DNA of 64,000 bases from an uncultured Bacilli bacterium. GTDB taxonomy: Bacteria > Bacillota_I > Bacilli_A > RF39 > UBA660. The translations under genes and the position numbers were made by a program. A model generated the notes under the pieces. It was given only the letters and a program-made list of their open reading frames with translations, ran no database searches and was not told where the DNA came from. Positions within the stretch are counted from its first letter, which is position 1; each line of letters starts with the position of its first letter. Location of the stretch: positions 76,105-140,104 of the forward strand of contig CATNCE010000002.1 of the NCBI GenBank assembly GCA_950097225.1, written 5' to 3'. Shown in pieces: positions 1 to 9,815 of the stretch.

Positions 1-353
1 TATGTTATGTCTATATTTGAGTTGCTATTTACTTCATCACCTTCGTTAATGTGACAGTCAACTTCTATATTAGCATCATAATTTCGACTTGTATTAGATA
101 CCGTGTACTCTAATGTACTTTTATCCTCTAGACTACTTAACTCTTTTGTTTCAAAACTTATTGCTTTCTTATCTTCACTTATTAAACTATTTTTTCTTAT
201 GTTATCTAGTTTAACTTCTGTAAAAATTATTTCAAAATCATCATTTTCTCCAAATGCAATTGTCCCGTTTAATACCAGTGTCGTTGTTACTGAGGCAAAA
301 CCAATCACTAAAGCTAGCACCGATAAAATGACTGCTATTTTTCTATTTCTCAT
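1..353 (-). CDS. Partial CDS (N-terminal part; gene continues beyond the left window edge). Secreted protein paralogous to the N-terminus of the 61190..62881 FGE-domain protein.
   Basis: Reverse-strand translation from the ATG at complement 351-353 gives MRNRKIAVILSVLALVIGFASVTTTLVLNG...YDANIEVDCHINEG. This aligns with the N-terminus of 61190..62881 (MRKKSIMILSILLLVIGFASVATNLIINS...YDADVTINCSLN). An AAGAGG RBS lies 10 nt upstream. The ORF-track plus-strand ORF 103..447 overlaps it and is judged spurious. Confidence 0.6.
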   Translation of the reverse strand, partial: MRNRKIAVILSVLALVIGFASVTTTLVLNGTIAFGENDDFEIIFTEVKLDNIRKNSLISEDKKAISFETKELSSLEDKSTLEYTVSNTSRNYDANIEVDCHINEGDEVNSNSNIDIT

Positions 354-415
354 AATACATAAACCTCTTATTTTGTTTAAAACTAAACATACTTTCCTAT
401 TTTTATTTAATCATA

Positions 416-424
416 CCCCCCCCC
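416..424 (-). repeat. C9 (G9 on the coding strand) homopolymer in the promoter spacer upstream of the left-edge secreted-protein gene
   Basis: Nine consecutive C at 416-424 in a genome of about 28% GC. On the minus strand the tract sits between a -35-like TTGATT and a -10-like TATGAT, about 62 nt upstream of the ATG. Confidence 0.6.
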
Positions 425-632
425 GAAAAAATCAAGAGGCTTGTTGAAAAATGAGACAATTTGACACGCTTTGTAATGATAAACGTGATGTGCCTTTATG
501 GCTATTCTACAAAAAAAAGAAGCAGGTGAATCAATTTTCGATATATTATACTAACGACTAAAAAGTTTGAAAACATACAAAAAAGTTTTATGAATACCAT
601 AAAACTTTAGAAATATTTACTTGAATAATCTT

Positions 633-2084
633 TTATAGCTGATTAAGTTTTTTATATTTCATTCCTTGAATTTTATATTTAGCGTTATTTACAGAAGACA
701 TATTTGGATACATTACATAGTCTTTAGTGGAACCAAAGAAGATGTAGTCTTGTCCGCCTGAGCCAGTTACTGATTGAGTCTTAATCACCCAGTTTGGATT
801 TTCTAATAATTCTTGAACACTTGATGTAACTAATTCACGAGGAATGGTTGTTGAATAGAATCCACTTACAGCATTTAAGATATTTGGAAATTTAATTATC
901 ATAGCTGGAGTTTTCATCTTATTAAGGATGGCTTTCATGATTTGGGCACAATTCTTTTGACGTTGGTTATCTCCAGATTTAAAAGCTAGGCGTTCACGAG
1001 CAACTGTAAGAGTTTGAATGCCATTTAAATACTGACATCCTTTTTTAACATGAAGTTTTTCTCCAATGTTATCATTGTAGGAATTTAATACCATCGAGTG
1101 TGTTGTCGTGTATTCTTGATCAGAGCAATAAGTAATTCCTCCTACAGCATTAACTAATTCAACTAAACTGCGTGTATTTATTTGAATATAATAATCTATT
1201 TTTATTCCAAATAATTTAGCAACAGAGGCAATATTAGTTTCAATGCCACGAGCTCCCATATCGCTTAATTTGTCGCGCTTACCAACACGAGCATCAGTAA
1301 TATAATAATCACGAGGAATAGTCGTTAAAAGAATTTCTTGATTAGTCTTATTTATGGAAACTAGCATATTAAAATCCATAAATGTGTTAGTAAAATCATA
1401 CCCACCGATAAAGATATTATAATATTCGCCTGGAGTTAATTTTTGATATTCTTGTTGTTGATACTCATCAAGATCTTCTTCCCCAATTGCCGAATTATCT
1501 AAAACAATATCAACATCTACTTTGACAATTACATTGTAGCTATTTATGTCTCGTCCATTGTTTTCCTTAAGGAAAGTATAGGTAGCATTATCAAGAAGAA
1601 TAACATCATGTGTGAATACAGTATCAAGATCTAATTCCTCTTTAAAAAGCATTATATTCATTAAATTTAGTTTCTTTAGAATATCATCCTTTTTATAAAG
1701 GTCTTGATAGTAAGCAATGGTCTTAGTAGTTAGTTCGCTTTCTAAAATATTATTTTTACTGATGATATAAAATGAGGTTTGATAAGTCTCATCGGCATTG
1801 CCAAATCCCTCATTAAAGAACTTATTTGTAACTGGTCCATATAGGGTCGTTCCAACAGCTAGTAAATTGATGATGAAGAACATCAAGAAACTTATGAATT
1901 TCATGAATCCCCTTCTAAATGCTAAAAGACCTAGGGCACCAATAAAATTGATGCTAGCCAAAGTAATAATAAAATAATTAAAATATTTAGTTGGTAAAAT
2001 ATGAAGATTGCCAATAATTCTGGTTACAGCAACTGATAATAAAATCATTAAGATTATTACGATAAATTTTCTTGATTTTTTCAT
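633..2084 (-). CDS. LytR-CpsA-Psr (LCP) family cell-wall polymer ligase
   Basis: N-terminal TM helices. C-terminal LCP signature IPRDYYITDARVGKRDKLSDMGARGIETNIASVAKLFGIKIDYYIQINTRSLVELVNAVGGI. Confidence 0.7.
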   Translation of the reverse strand: MKKSRKFIVIILMILLSVAVTRIIGNLHILPTKYFNYFIITLASINFIGALGLLAFRRGFMKFISFLMFFIINLLAVGTTLYGPVTNKFFNEGFGNADETYQTSFYIISKNNILESELTTKTIAYYQDLYKKDDILKKLNLMNIMLFKEELDLDTVFTHDVILLDNATYTFLKENNGRDINSYNVIVKVDVDIVLDNSAIGEEDLDEYQQQEYQKLTPGEYYNIFIGGYDFTNTFMDFNMLVSINKTNQEILLTTIPRDYYITDARVGKRDKLSDMGARGIETNIASVAKLFGIKIDYYIQINTRSLVELVNAVGGITYCSDQEYTTTHSMVLNSYNDNIGEKLHVKKGCQYLNGIQTLTVARERLAFKSGDNQRQKNCAQIMKAILNKMKTPAMIIKFPNILNAVSGFYSTTIPRELVTSSVQELLENPNWVIKTQSVTGSGGQDYIFFGSTKDYVMYPNMSSVNNAKYKIQGMKYKKLNQL

Positions 2085-2184
2085 AAACGCACCTCTAGGA
2101 TAATTATAGCATGATTGATTGCATTGAGTAAATCACAGATTATAAAAACATATAAAAAAAGCCATGTCTTAAACATGCCTTTAA

Positions 2185-3276
2185 TTATTTTTTTATTAAT
2201 ACTTTTGTGCCTAATCCTACGTATTCTGATAATTGTAGTGCATTTCTGTTGCGCATATTAATACAACCATGAGAACCATTAGTAAGATAAGTATTCCCAC
2301 CAATATCGGCCTCATCCTTCCAGCCGTGTTTAAATCCATCTTCGTGTTCATGATGTGTAGCATCGTGAAATCCTTCTCCGCCATTATATTTCATCATAAC
2401 ATCAACATAAGGGTTACCAGAAGTAATTAGCCTACGATTGTATGTGATATCATATATTTCGAAGACACCTTCATCACTTGCTCTTGAAGGCGTAGGTAAT
2501 CCTGTTGTAACTGGTACTTCCATGGCAACTTCATTATTTTGATATAGTCTTAGGAACTGATCACTAATATCAACGACTACACATGTTTCAGGCAATTCTT
2601 CAACACTATCTTTAGCAACGTACCCAATATATTCGTTAGTTTGAACTAAGTAATAATCATCCATTTCTGCATATACTTCAAAACATTCTAACTTATTTAT
2701 ATCAACTTCTTCATCATTTCCAGATATATTCAAGTAATATGGGATTGTAAGTTTAGTATCTTCTTTGGCATATAACACTTTAGTTATTGAGCTATCAATA
2801 TCATATACAGATTTTTCAGTAGCGTATTCATCGCTTATGTATCCAATTTGATCGTAGTATTGAACTTTATACCAACCATCAATATGCTCTAAAAGCTTAA
2901 GTTCACTATCTTCTGGTAATGCCCCAATGCGATTTCCGTTTTCATAATTATCACGAATATTAACATCGTCAGTGGCAACTACTACTGGTACAGATACAAT
3001 ATGATTCTTTTGTTTCTCAAGTTCAATTTCTATATCACCCAAGTTCTCTTCTTCTATTTGTTCATTAGGCTCGGGAAAGGTTTCTTCTAATACTATTTCA
3101 CTAGACTCTGAGCATTCACTTTCTACCCAATCATCACTTAACTGAATAGTATCGTCAAACACTTCTATTTCCTGTGTATTATCACTCATTGAATCAATAG
3201 ATGAACATCCTATTGTTCCCACATTTAATACAGCAATTAAAGCACTAATAAGAAATTTTTTCTTTGAATACTTCAT
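2185..3276 (-). CDS. Lipoprotein with C-terminal L,D-transpeptidase (YkuD) domain
   Basis: Lipobox-like signal (LNVGTIGCSS). C-terminal catalytic motif SHGCINMRN...LGTKVLI, typical of L,D-transpeptidases. Confidence 0.65.
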   Translation of the reverse strand: MKYSKKKFLISALIAVLNVGTIGCSSIDSMSDNTQEIEVFDDTIQLSDDWVESECSESSEIVLEETFPEPNEQIEEENLGDIEIELEKQKNHIVSVPVVVATDDVNIRDNYENGNRIGALPEDSELKLLEHIDGWYKVQYYDQIGYISDEYATEKSVYDIDSSITKVLYAKEDTKLTIPYYLNISGNDEEVDINKLECFEVYAEMDDYYLVQTNEYIGYVAKDSVEELPETCVVVDISDQFLRLYQNNEVAMEVPVTTGLPTPSRASDEGVFEIYDITYNRRLITSGNPYVDVMMKYNGGEGFHDATHHEHEDGFKHGWKDEADIGGNTYLTNGSHGCINMRNRNALQLSEYVGLGTKVLIKK

Positions 3277-3340
3277 CTTTAATCCCCTCTTTTTGCACGT
3301 TGTATTTTAATATAAAAAGAGGGGTTTGTCAAATTAGCAA

Positions 3341-4789
3341 TTAGTGCTTATTGGATAGTTTTAGAATTGAAATATTTATAATTGATTTTTTATCAATGAA
3401 AGTATTAATAAGCATAGTTAATATAACATATACTAAACTTCCTGTTATTATTTTTAAAATTAACATATATATGTAGTTTAGTGCCAATGCTTCAAGAAGG
3501 GAAACATTAATCACATACATGATAGTACCCACGAGTAAGTATTTAGTTAGACACATAAAATAGCGTTTAAAAGCAAGTTCATGATAAATACTGATTGTTT
3601 GGAATAATGCCACAGATAATTCTGCTATAAGGGTTCCAATAACTGCACCAATAACACCTATTGATTTTATTAAAAAATAATTGACGATAAAGTTGACTAG
3701 AGCTCCAATAATGGATGATGTAACATATATTTTATTTTTAGATTTTGGTATTAAATATTGGGTACGAATGACATTGGCATAACCAATAAAGATGATTGCA
3801 AATGATAAAAGAGATGTTAGTTTAATACATTCTTGGTAGTCATTGCCAAGAAATAAGGGAATAAACTCTTTAGATACAGATGATATGCCAAAGGCTAAGG
3901 CAACAGACAACCATAAAATAAACTCCATAGAATAATTAATGCTCTGAATAGCTTTCTCTTGCTCCTCTTTTTTCGCAAAAAGATTAGACATTCTCGGCAA
4001 CATAACTGTTCCTAAGGCATTTATTAGCCCTAGTGGGATATTTTTAATACGTTCTGAATATTCATAGTATCCAACATCTTGCATCGTTGACATAAAGCCA
4101 ATCATTATCTTATCCATGACAGTATATATACTAGTAGCAATTACTGGTATAAATAAAATAATGTTTTCCTTAAAATGTTTTTTTACATCAGATAATTTAG
4201 CTAATCTAACTTTTATTTTTCTTACTAAAAATGGCCATAAGCAAAGATTACTTATGAGCATACCTGATGATAATAATAAGACGTATTTAGATATATCGCT
4301 TGATTCTTTAATGAATGCAAATGTTGCAATAATAGTTAATATTTTAATAACACTGTTGCGGGTAACAGTTAGTTTAAATTCTTCTGTTCCAAAGAAAAAC
4401 CAGTTAACATCAAATATAGCCGATAAAATAAAAGGAAATTGTAGCCATAGATAAAACGTATCATTAAAACAATTAAGTAGCTGTAATACGATAAATGCTC
4501 CTATGAATATTATCCCTGTTATGAATTGCATCGTATATATTTCATTAAATGCTTTGTTTAGCTCTTCATGATTATCGCGAATTGCTGCAATATATTTATT
4601 TCCATAATTATTAAGTCCTAGCATAATCAGGATAACAAAATATTGAGCAATAGAATGTGTATATGAATAAATTCCAGTATTTTCTGCACCTAAAACACGC
4701 GCAACATATGGCGCGGTTATCAATGGTAATATTATTGTTAGAATTTGATATAAAACATTATATATGTAATTTTTTTTTACTGATTTCAT
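3341..4789 (-). CDS. wzx: Wzx-type polysaccharide flippase (MOP superfamily)
   Basis: 482 aa polytopic membrane protein. N-terminus YNVLYQILTIILPLITAPYVARVLGAENTGIYSY is typical of Polysacc_synt flippases. Confidence 0.7.
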   Translation of the reverse strand: MKSVKKNYIYNVLYQILTIILPLITAPYVARVLGAENTGIYSYTHSIAQYFVILIMLGLNNYGNKYIAAIRDNHEELNKAFNEIYTMQFITGIIFIGAFIVLQLLNCFNDTFYLWLQFPFILSAIFDVNWFFFGTEEFKLTVTRNSVIKILTIIATFAFIKESSDISKYVLLLSSGMLISNLCLWPFLVRKIKVRLAKLSDVKKHFKENIILFIPVIATSIYTVMDKIMIGFMSTMQDVGYYEYSERIKNIPLGLINALGTVMLPRMSNLFAKKEEQEKAIQSINYSMEFILWLSVALAFGISSVSKEFIPLFLGNDYQECIKLTSLLSFAIIFIGYANVIRTQYLIPKSKNKIYVTSSIIGALVNFIVNYFLIKSIGVIGAVIGTLIAELSVALFQTISIYHELAFKRYFMCLTKYLLVGTIMYVINVSLLEALALNYIYMLILKIITGSLVYVILTMLINTFIDKKSIINISILKLSNKH

Positions 4790-4790
4790 A

Positions 4791-5654
4791 CTATCTTTCC
4801 TTTAACTTAGCCATTATAATTTCTCTTGTTTGATCATCCAAATTGATTTTTCTAGCAAAGCAAAAATTAGAAGCTATTAATTCATCAACATCACTTTCGC
4901 TAAAAACATATGGGTTGCCCCTTTGCCAATCAATATATCTCTCACAGGCAATATAGTTATCGTCCATTTTATCATAAGATAAGATATTTATATTATTAGT
5001 CTTTAAAATAAGACTTTGAAGATAAAATTCATCAGAACTTCGCGTATATCGATAGCGTTTATAAATATGTTCTTTATTGGCGATAATAAGTTTAGAAAGA
5101 AAATTAGTAATGCTAAACCAATTAGCTCCACAAGCATATGTCTCATCTTTTATGCGATTAACATGAAATATTTTTTGGATATTAATATTGATTTTTTCAA
5201 GAATATCAAAAAAACGCGAGTGACGATTATATCTCTGGAATAAATAATAATACTTAATAAACTTTTCTTTATTAGCGGGAACACTTTTACTTTCAAAATG
5301 TACAAAGTTTTTATGGCTATTTTCAAAAAAAGTATGCAGTTCTTCGTTTGTTTTTAAGGGAAAATCACTTTCTGATAATAGATGATAATAACTATACTCG
5401 TTTTTTATTGCCTGTTCTAATAAAAAGATTTGACACATAGTTTGAGAAATATGAGCCCAAGAGATATCAAATTTTGAGAGAATGTAAATTGAGCTTTTGC
5501 TAACACATGATTCTATTTTACTTTTATCATATTTACATTTTTTATCAATATGGATATATATATCATGATTTTCATAATCGAGTTGTCTTAATAACTGATA
5601 TATTTTATCTGGTTTATATGTCATGATTAGATAAGCATGTTTATTGTTTTTCAT
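4791..5654 (-). CDS. Glycosyltransferase, GT14-like (core-2/I-branching enzyme family)
   Basis: N-terminus AYLIMTYKPDKIYQLLRQLDYENHDIYIHIDKK resembles the PF02485 branching-enzyme motif. Confidence 0.45.
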   Translation of the reverse strand: MKNNKHAYLIMTYKPDKIYQLLRQLDYENHDIYIHIDKKCKYDKSKIESCVSKSSIYILSKFDISWAHISQTMCQIFLLEQAIKNEYSYYHLLSESDFPLKTNEELHTFFENSHKNFVHFESKSVPANKEKFIKYYYLFQRYNRHSRFFDILEKININIQKIFHVNRIKDETYACGANWFSITNFLSKLIIANKEHIYKRYRYTRSSDEFYLQSLILKTNNINILSYDKMDDNYIACERYIDWQRGNPYVFSESDVDELIASNFCFARKINLDDQTREIIMAKLKER

Positions 5655-6777
5655 AGTTAATAGCTCTTTCTAAATATGAATATGCGTTTTCACGTAATTT
5701 AGAAATATTCGCATCGACAATAGTATAATCTATTGGTTTGGATAGCATTTCTTTATCAAGAGGAGCAGTCTCCTCGATAAAACGATCACTTAAGCCAAGC
5801 TGTGATAATATTGAGGAAGCACGATCATCTCCTTTAGTCATTCCATCATTTTTTATTACCCAAAACTTTTTATGATAAATGGTTGAGAAAACAGTTCCGT
5901 GGAACGATGAAGTGATTATCATCTCAGCATGTTTAACAATGTATAAAAAGCTTGCTGGCCCTTCACAATCTGGTAAAATGAAGCGACTATAACGACGATG
6001 AATAGTTGCCCAGCGTTTTCCATTGAATGTTATAACATCTAAATCAAATAGATCAGCAACTTTTTGAACAAAAGCATTTTCATTTTCAACATAGCCATAT
6101 GAATAGTAAAATATATATTTTCTTTTAATGTTAACGGGTTTGCTAAATTTATCATAATCTTCACTAGTTAATAATACGGTTGGATCGCATATTACTTCAA
6201 TTTCTTTATCTGTTAACTCTTGTAACCATTTTTGGCCATTGAATTCACGAACAGATAGCATATCGTAGTCTTCTAAATATTTTTTATATTGATCAACATC
6301 TTTGGCGTACTTAGTAATGCTTTTAGCTCCTAAACTTGGAGCATAGGCAATTTTTCTTTTGTTTGTAATGAATGGCAAAAAGTAAGCATCATCAGCATCA
6401 TTACAAGTGATATTCCATATTTGGTCACTTCCAGAAATAAAAATATCGAATTCTGGTTCAAGAGCCTCCATTCCTTCGATGCTTTTATAGCTCTTATCGG
6501 TCAATGGCAGATGTTTATTTTTAAATTCCTCATAGTCAAAATAGTTAGAATTAACAATTTTGAAATAGTAAAAATAAAGCATATTTTTAGCGATATTTTT
6601 TAAGCTGTTTTTAGGTAGGTAAAAAGCATATTTTTGATCTGAACCTTTATTGGCAAAATCGATAAATTGTACATTGGCATTAAAACGCGTTTCAATAATA
6701 GTTTTTAATGCTAATGATTGCAGCATAGAACCACAATTATGAGATGAATGAAAGGTAATTATTGCTACTTTTTTCAT
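5641..6777 (-). CDS. Polysaccharide pyruvyl transferase family protein
   Basis: N-terminus KVAIITFHSSHNCGSMLQSLAL resembles PF04230 pyruvyl transferases (CsaB/WcaK-like). Confidence 0.45.
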   Translation of the reverse strand: MKKVAIITFHSSHNCGSMLQSLALKTIIETRFNANVQFIDFANKGSDQKYAFYLPKNSLKNIAKNMLYFYYFKIVNSNYFDYEEFKNKHLPLTDKSYKSIEGMEALEPEFDIFISGSDQIWNITCNDADDAYFLPFITNKRKIAYAPSLGAKSITKYAKDVDQYKKYLEDYDMLSVREFNGQKWLQELTDKEIEVICDPTVLLTSEDYDKFSKPVNIKRKYIFYYSYGYVENENAFVQKVADLFDLDVITFNGKRWATIHRRYSRFILPDCEGPASFLYIVKHAEMIITSSFHGTVFSTIYHKKFWVIKNDGMTKGDDRASSILSQLGLSDRFIEETAPLDKEMLSKPIDYTIVDANISKLRENAYSYLERAINYEKQ

Positions 6778-7865
6778 ATTTTTTCTTCCTCCTCTTGGTT
6801 TTTAGGATATAGTAAATAACCAAAGCTTATTATGAAAGCATTATAGGTGACACGAAGTAAATAACTCTCAACTAATCCGTAGACTAAATAGACTCCTAAA
6901 ATTATTATCATAATTTTATTTTTCTCTTTGTAATTTTTATTAATAGCTACCATGTACATACCTAAAAATATGGATATAAATAGTATACCATCTTTTGAGA
7001 GCATCTGAATATAAACATTATCTACGGCATCGACACTGCGGCCAAAAAGAGTTAGTCCCCCACTTTGATAAGCATTAGCCATTAATTTGATTCTTCCTGT
7101 TGATTTACGATTAACCTCGGCAAGAAATTCATTGCCTGATAAAAACATATTTGAAACGAGAATAGAACCAAGAGTTAGCACAATTGGTAAGGCTATTAAA
7201 CTTTTTTTTACGACCTGTAAATTAATAACTTTTTCTTGAATAAACTTGTTAAAGAAAATGGTTATACCAAGTAAGATTAAGATGGCAAAAGCACTTCTAC
7301 TATCGGTTATAGTTAGTATTGCTCCCGCAGCAATAAACGTTATTAAACTATAAAAACGATTTATTTTAGTTCGCTTCAAATATAATAATTCCAAGACTAA
7401 TTGAACAACGCAAGCTGCTAAACGATTAGGATGCGCAAATCCAAGAGAATATCTTATGAATCCGCCCTTACGATACATGTTGTAATCTTGAGTAAGTCCA
7501 AGCAGCGAGGATGCAATAATAACTCCAAAGAAAAGTAAACGAGCTAAAAAAGTTTTTTTCATGAAACTATCATAGTCAACATGTTTAAAGGACATTACAA
7601 GTAAAAGAATATAAATAAGATTCTTTTGAGATTCCCGTAGATTAATAAGACATACAATGGTTGCAAATACAGCTATAAAAATAATGGTACTCTTGCGATA
7701 CTTAGGGGTTTGAAGTAAAAAGACAATCATTAAAGTGCAGATAGCTAGGTAGGAAGCTAATGCTAAAAATGGTTTGCAATAGCGGACATTAGAAAACATA
7801 TCTGAAAACATTAGCAACAGATAGGAAATTGAAAATAACCAAGTACTTAATTTGCTTTTAGTCAT
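6774..7865 (-). CDS. Wzy-like O-antigen/oligosaccharide polymerase or ligase (polytopic membrane protein)
   Basis: 363 aa with about 10 TM segments and a central loop (GFAHPNRLAA), as in O-antigen ligase/polymerase proteins. Located next to the flippase. Confidence 0.45.
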   Translation of the reverse strand: MTKSKLSTWLFSISYLLLMFSDMFSNVRYCKPFLALASYLAICTLMIVFLLQTPKYRKSTIIFIAVFATIVCLINLRESQKNLIYILLLVMSFKHVDYDSFMKKTFLARLLFFGVIIASSLLGLTQDYNMYRKGGFIRYSLGFAHPNRLAACVVQLVLELLYLKRTKINRFYSLITFIAAGAILTITDSRSAFAILILLGITIFFNKFIQEKVINLQVVKKSLIALPIVLTLGSILVSNMFLSGNEFLAEVNRKSTGRIKLMANAYQSGGLTLFGRSVDAVDNVYIQMLSKDGILFISIFLGMYMVAINKNYKEKNKIMIIILGVYLVYGLVESYLLRVTYNAFIISFGYLLYPKNQEEEEKI

Positions 7866-8814
7866 GTTTTATCATCCTTTTCATTTTTATTATCATATAA
7901 TAAAGTCTATAAATTCGCTTTCTAAGTAGTTTTATTAATAAGATATTTTTTGAACCTATTAGAGAATCATCAATCGGTGACTTTAATACCTCTTTTATCT
8001 TAGGCTCATTAAATGCTGTTTTGAATTCCCTGTAGTTAGAATTACTACTTTGAACATAATTTTTTAAATTAATATTGATTTTTTTGGTAATCATCGTATT
8101 TTTTTCTATACTACTAAATAAGTCAGTTGGAAAAAAATTAAAGACATAAAACGTATCATCTATGCGTCTTTTTACTTTATCAAAATGCATAACACGAGTT
8201 ATGCTATTAGTATTATCGGTCGTCATCACGTATCCATATTTAGGGATTGCTCCAATACTACTCGCATTATTATAGCATTCATAGTTAAATAATAGGTCTT
8301 CGCCATAAGATATATCTTCTTTAAAACGTATATTGGTAAGGATACTCTTTTTTATAAGTTGAGCAAAAACAACATTGAAACGGTTGTCCTTTTTTATATA
8401 GTAAAAAAAGTCTTGCATCGTTATCTCTCGTTCTTTAGAAAACCAGGTAATTGGGATAGTATCGTTTTTATAACCAGTTTTAATGATATCGTATTTATCT
8501 GTGTATTCCATTAATTCGCTAACATAGTTATTTTCGATGATATCGTCACTATCGACGAACATGATGTACTCGCCTTTGGCTTGATCTAACCCGTAATTTC
8601 TAGCACTGCTTACTCCCCCATTTTGCTTAGAAAATATTTTTATCCTTTTATCTAGTTTTTGATAATTATTCAAAACATCTAAACTATTATCGGTTGAGCC
8701 GTCATTGATGCAAAGGATTTCACACTCCTCACATTTAATGACAAGAAGCGATTCTAGGCATCGAGCTAAATATTGAGCTGAATTATATATTGGAATTATT
8801 ATACTCAATTTCAT
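7858..8814 (-). CDS. Glycosyltransferase family 2
   Basis: LSIIIPIYNSAQYLARCLESLL...NDGSTDNS...ARNYGL...FVDSDD (GT2 DxD architecture). Confidence 0.8.
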   Translation of the reverse strand: MKLSIIIPIYNSAQYLARCLESLLVIKCEECEILCINDGSTDNSLDVLNNYQKLDKRIKIFSKQNGGVSSARNYGLDQAKGEYIMFVDSDDIIENNYVSELMEYTDKYDIIKTGYKNDTIPITWFSKEREITMQDFFYYIKKDNRFNVVFAQLIKKSILTNIRFKEDISYGEDLLFNYECYNNASSIGAIPKYGYVMTTDNTNSITRVMHFDKVKRRIDDTFYVFNFFPTDLFSSIEKNTMITKKININLKNYVQSSNSNYREFKTAFNEPKIKEVLKSPIDDSLIGSKNILLIKLLRKRIYRLYYMIIKMKRMIKHD

Positions 8815-8822
8815 ATAATCAC

Positions 8823-9815
8823 CTATAGTTCAAAGGAACTTTTGTCTCCTAAAATAGTCTCAAAACTATCATTAATTTCTTTTTTAGTTTTTTCAAAATC
8901 GTGAATTTCCGCATTGTCATTAAGACATATCATCTTATACTTCTGTTTTTTAATAGTACTAATTATTTTGCGATTGTCGTCGGTTATTAAGAAAAATTTT
9001 CCTATCTTAGTAGAACGAGGCGTGAAATTTCCGCTTACCATTTGCCAGTTAGTAAATACATATTGATTTAGATCTTCTTTGTTGCGGAATTTATTAAGAC
9101 CTGTTCTGTTTAACGCATCATACTCTTTTTGCCATACTTCTTCCATTGTACTCTTTAGCAAGCTAGATGGCAAATGACTATAACGCATTCCAACAAAATT
9201 AGGCCATTGCAGCAATGAAATAGTCTTAGCTAAGTAAGCACCATATTTAAGGTTATACCATTTACTAAAATTATTTTTTACACACTTACGTTTATTAAAA
9301 TATTTATTTATAATCTCCATATCATTTAGTAGAATATAGTCAATTATATCTTTACCTGAAGGAACAATAGGATTTTCAATAGCTGCATCACATGGCTTGC
9401 CATTTTTGAAAAAATCCGTTGGCTTCATATCTCTTAAGATAAATGTGTCATCGTTAAAAAAAACGAATTGTTCAGCTAATCCTTCTATACGATGAAGATT
9501 AGTTTCAATTGGATTGGCACTAAATGTTGGAAGATATTCTTGAGGAATATAGTCACGATGACTAACGAGATTTAATTTTGAACATTCTTTATTAATCCAA
9601 CTAGGATAGTGTCCACAAGTTACTAAATGGACACGGTTTACAAAAGGACAAAATTTCTCAATGCCTCTAAATATATATTTTAGATTATCCCAATCGCGGT
9701 ATCTGATCTCGCGAAAGTCATCACTTGAATTTGGCGAATATTGATTTTTTTCCTTTTGCCAATTGATATCATTGTTATCAACCCATATGATTACAAAATC
9801 TATTGCGTTTTTCAT
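8823..9815 (-). CDS. Stealth-family hexose-1-phosphoryl (phosphodiester-forming) transferase
   Basis: CR1-like IDFVIIWVDNNDINW, CR2-like FREIRYRDWDNLKYIFRGIEKFCPFVNRVHLVT and CR3-like VFFNDDTF. Confidence 0.6.
   Translation of the reverse strand: MKNAIDFVIIWVDNNDINWQKEKNQYSPNSSDDFREIRYRDWDNLKYIFRGIEKFCPFVNRVHLVTCGHYPSWINKECSKLNLVSHRDYIPQEYLPTFSANPIETNLHRIEGLAEQFVFFNDDTFILRDMKPTDFFKNGKPCDAAIENPIVPSGKDIIDYILLNDMEIINKYFNKRKCVKNNFSKWYNLKYGAYLAKTISLLQWPNFVGMRYSHLPSSLLKSTMEEVWQKEYDALNRTGLNKFRNKEDLNQYVFTNWQMVSGNFTPRSTKIGKFFLITDDNRKIISTIKKQKYKMICLNDNAEIHDFEKTKKEINDSFETILGDKSSFEL

Noticed and set aside
103-447. ORF-track plus-strand ORF (114 aa)
   Set aside because: It lies antisense to a far better supported minus-strand gene start (signal-peptide paralogue). 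Its low-complexity composition is typical of AT-rich antisense frames.
2085-2184. Possible terminator hairpin after the L,D-transpeptidase gene
   Set aside because: The stem is imperfect (5-6 bp with a mismatch). Too weak to call.
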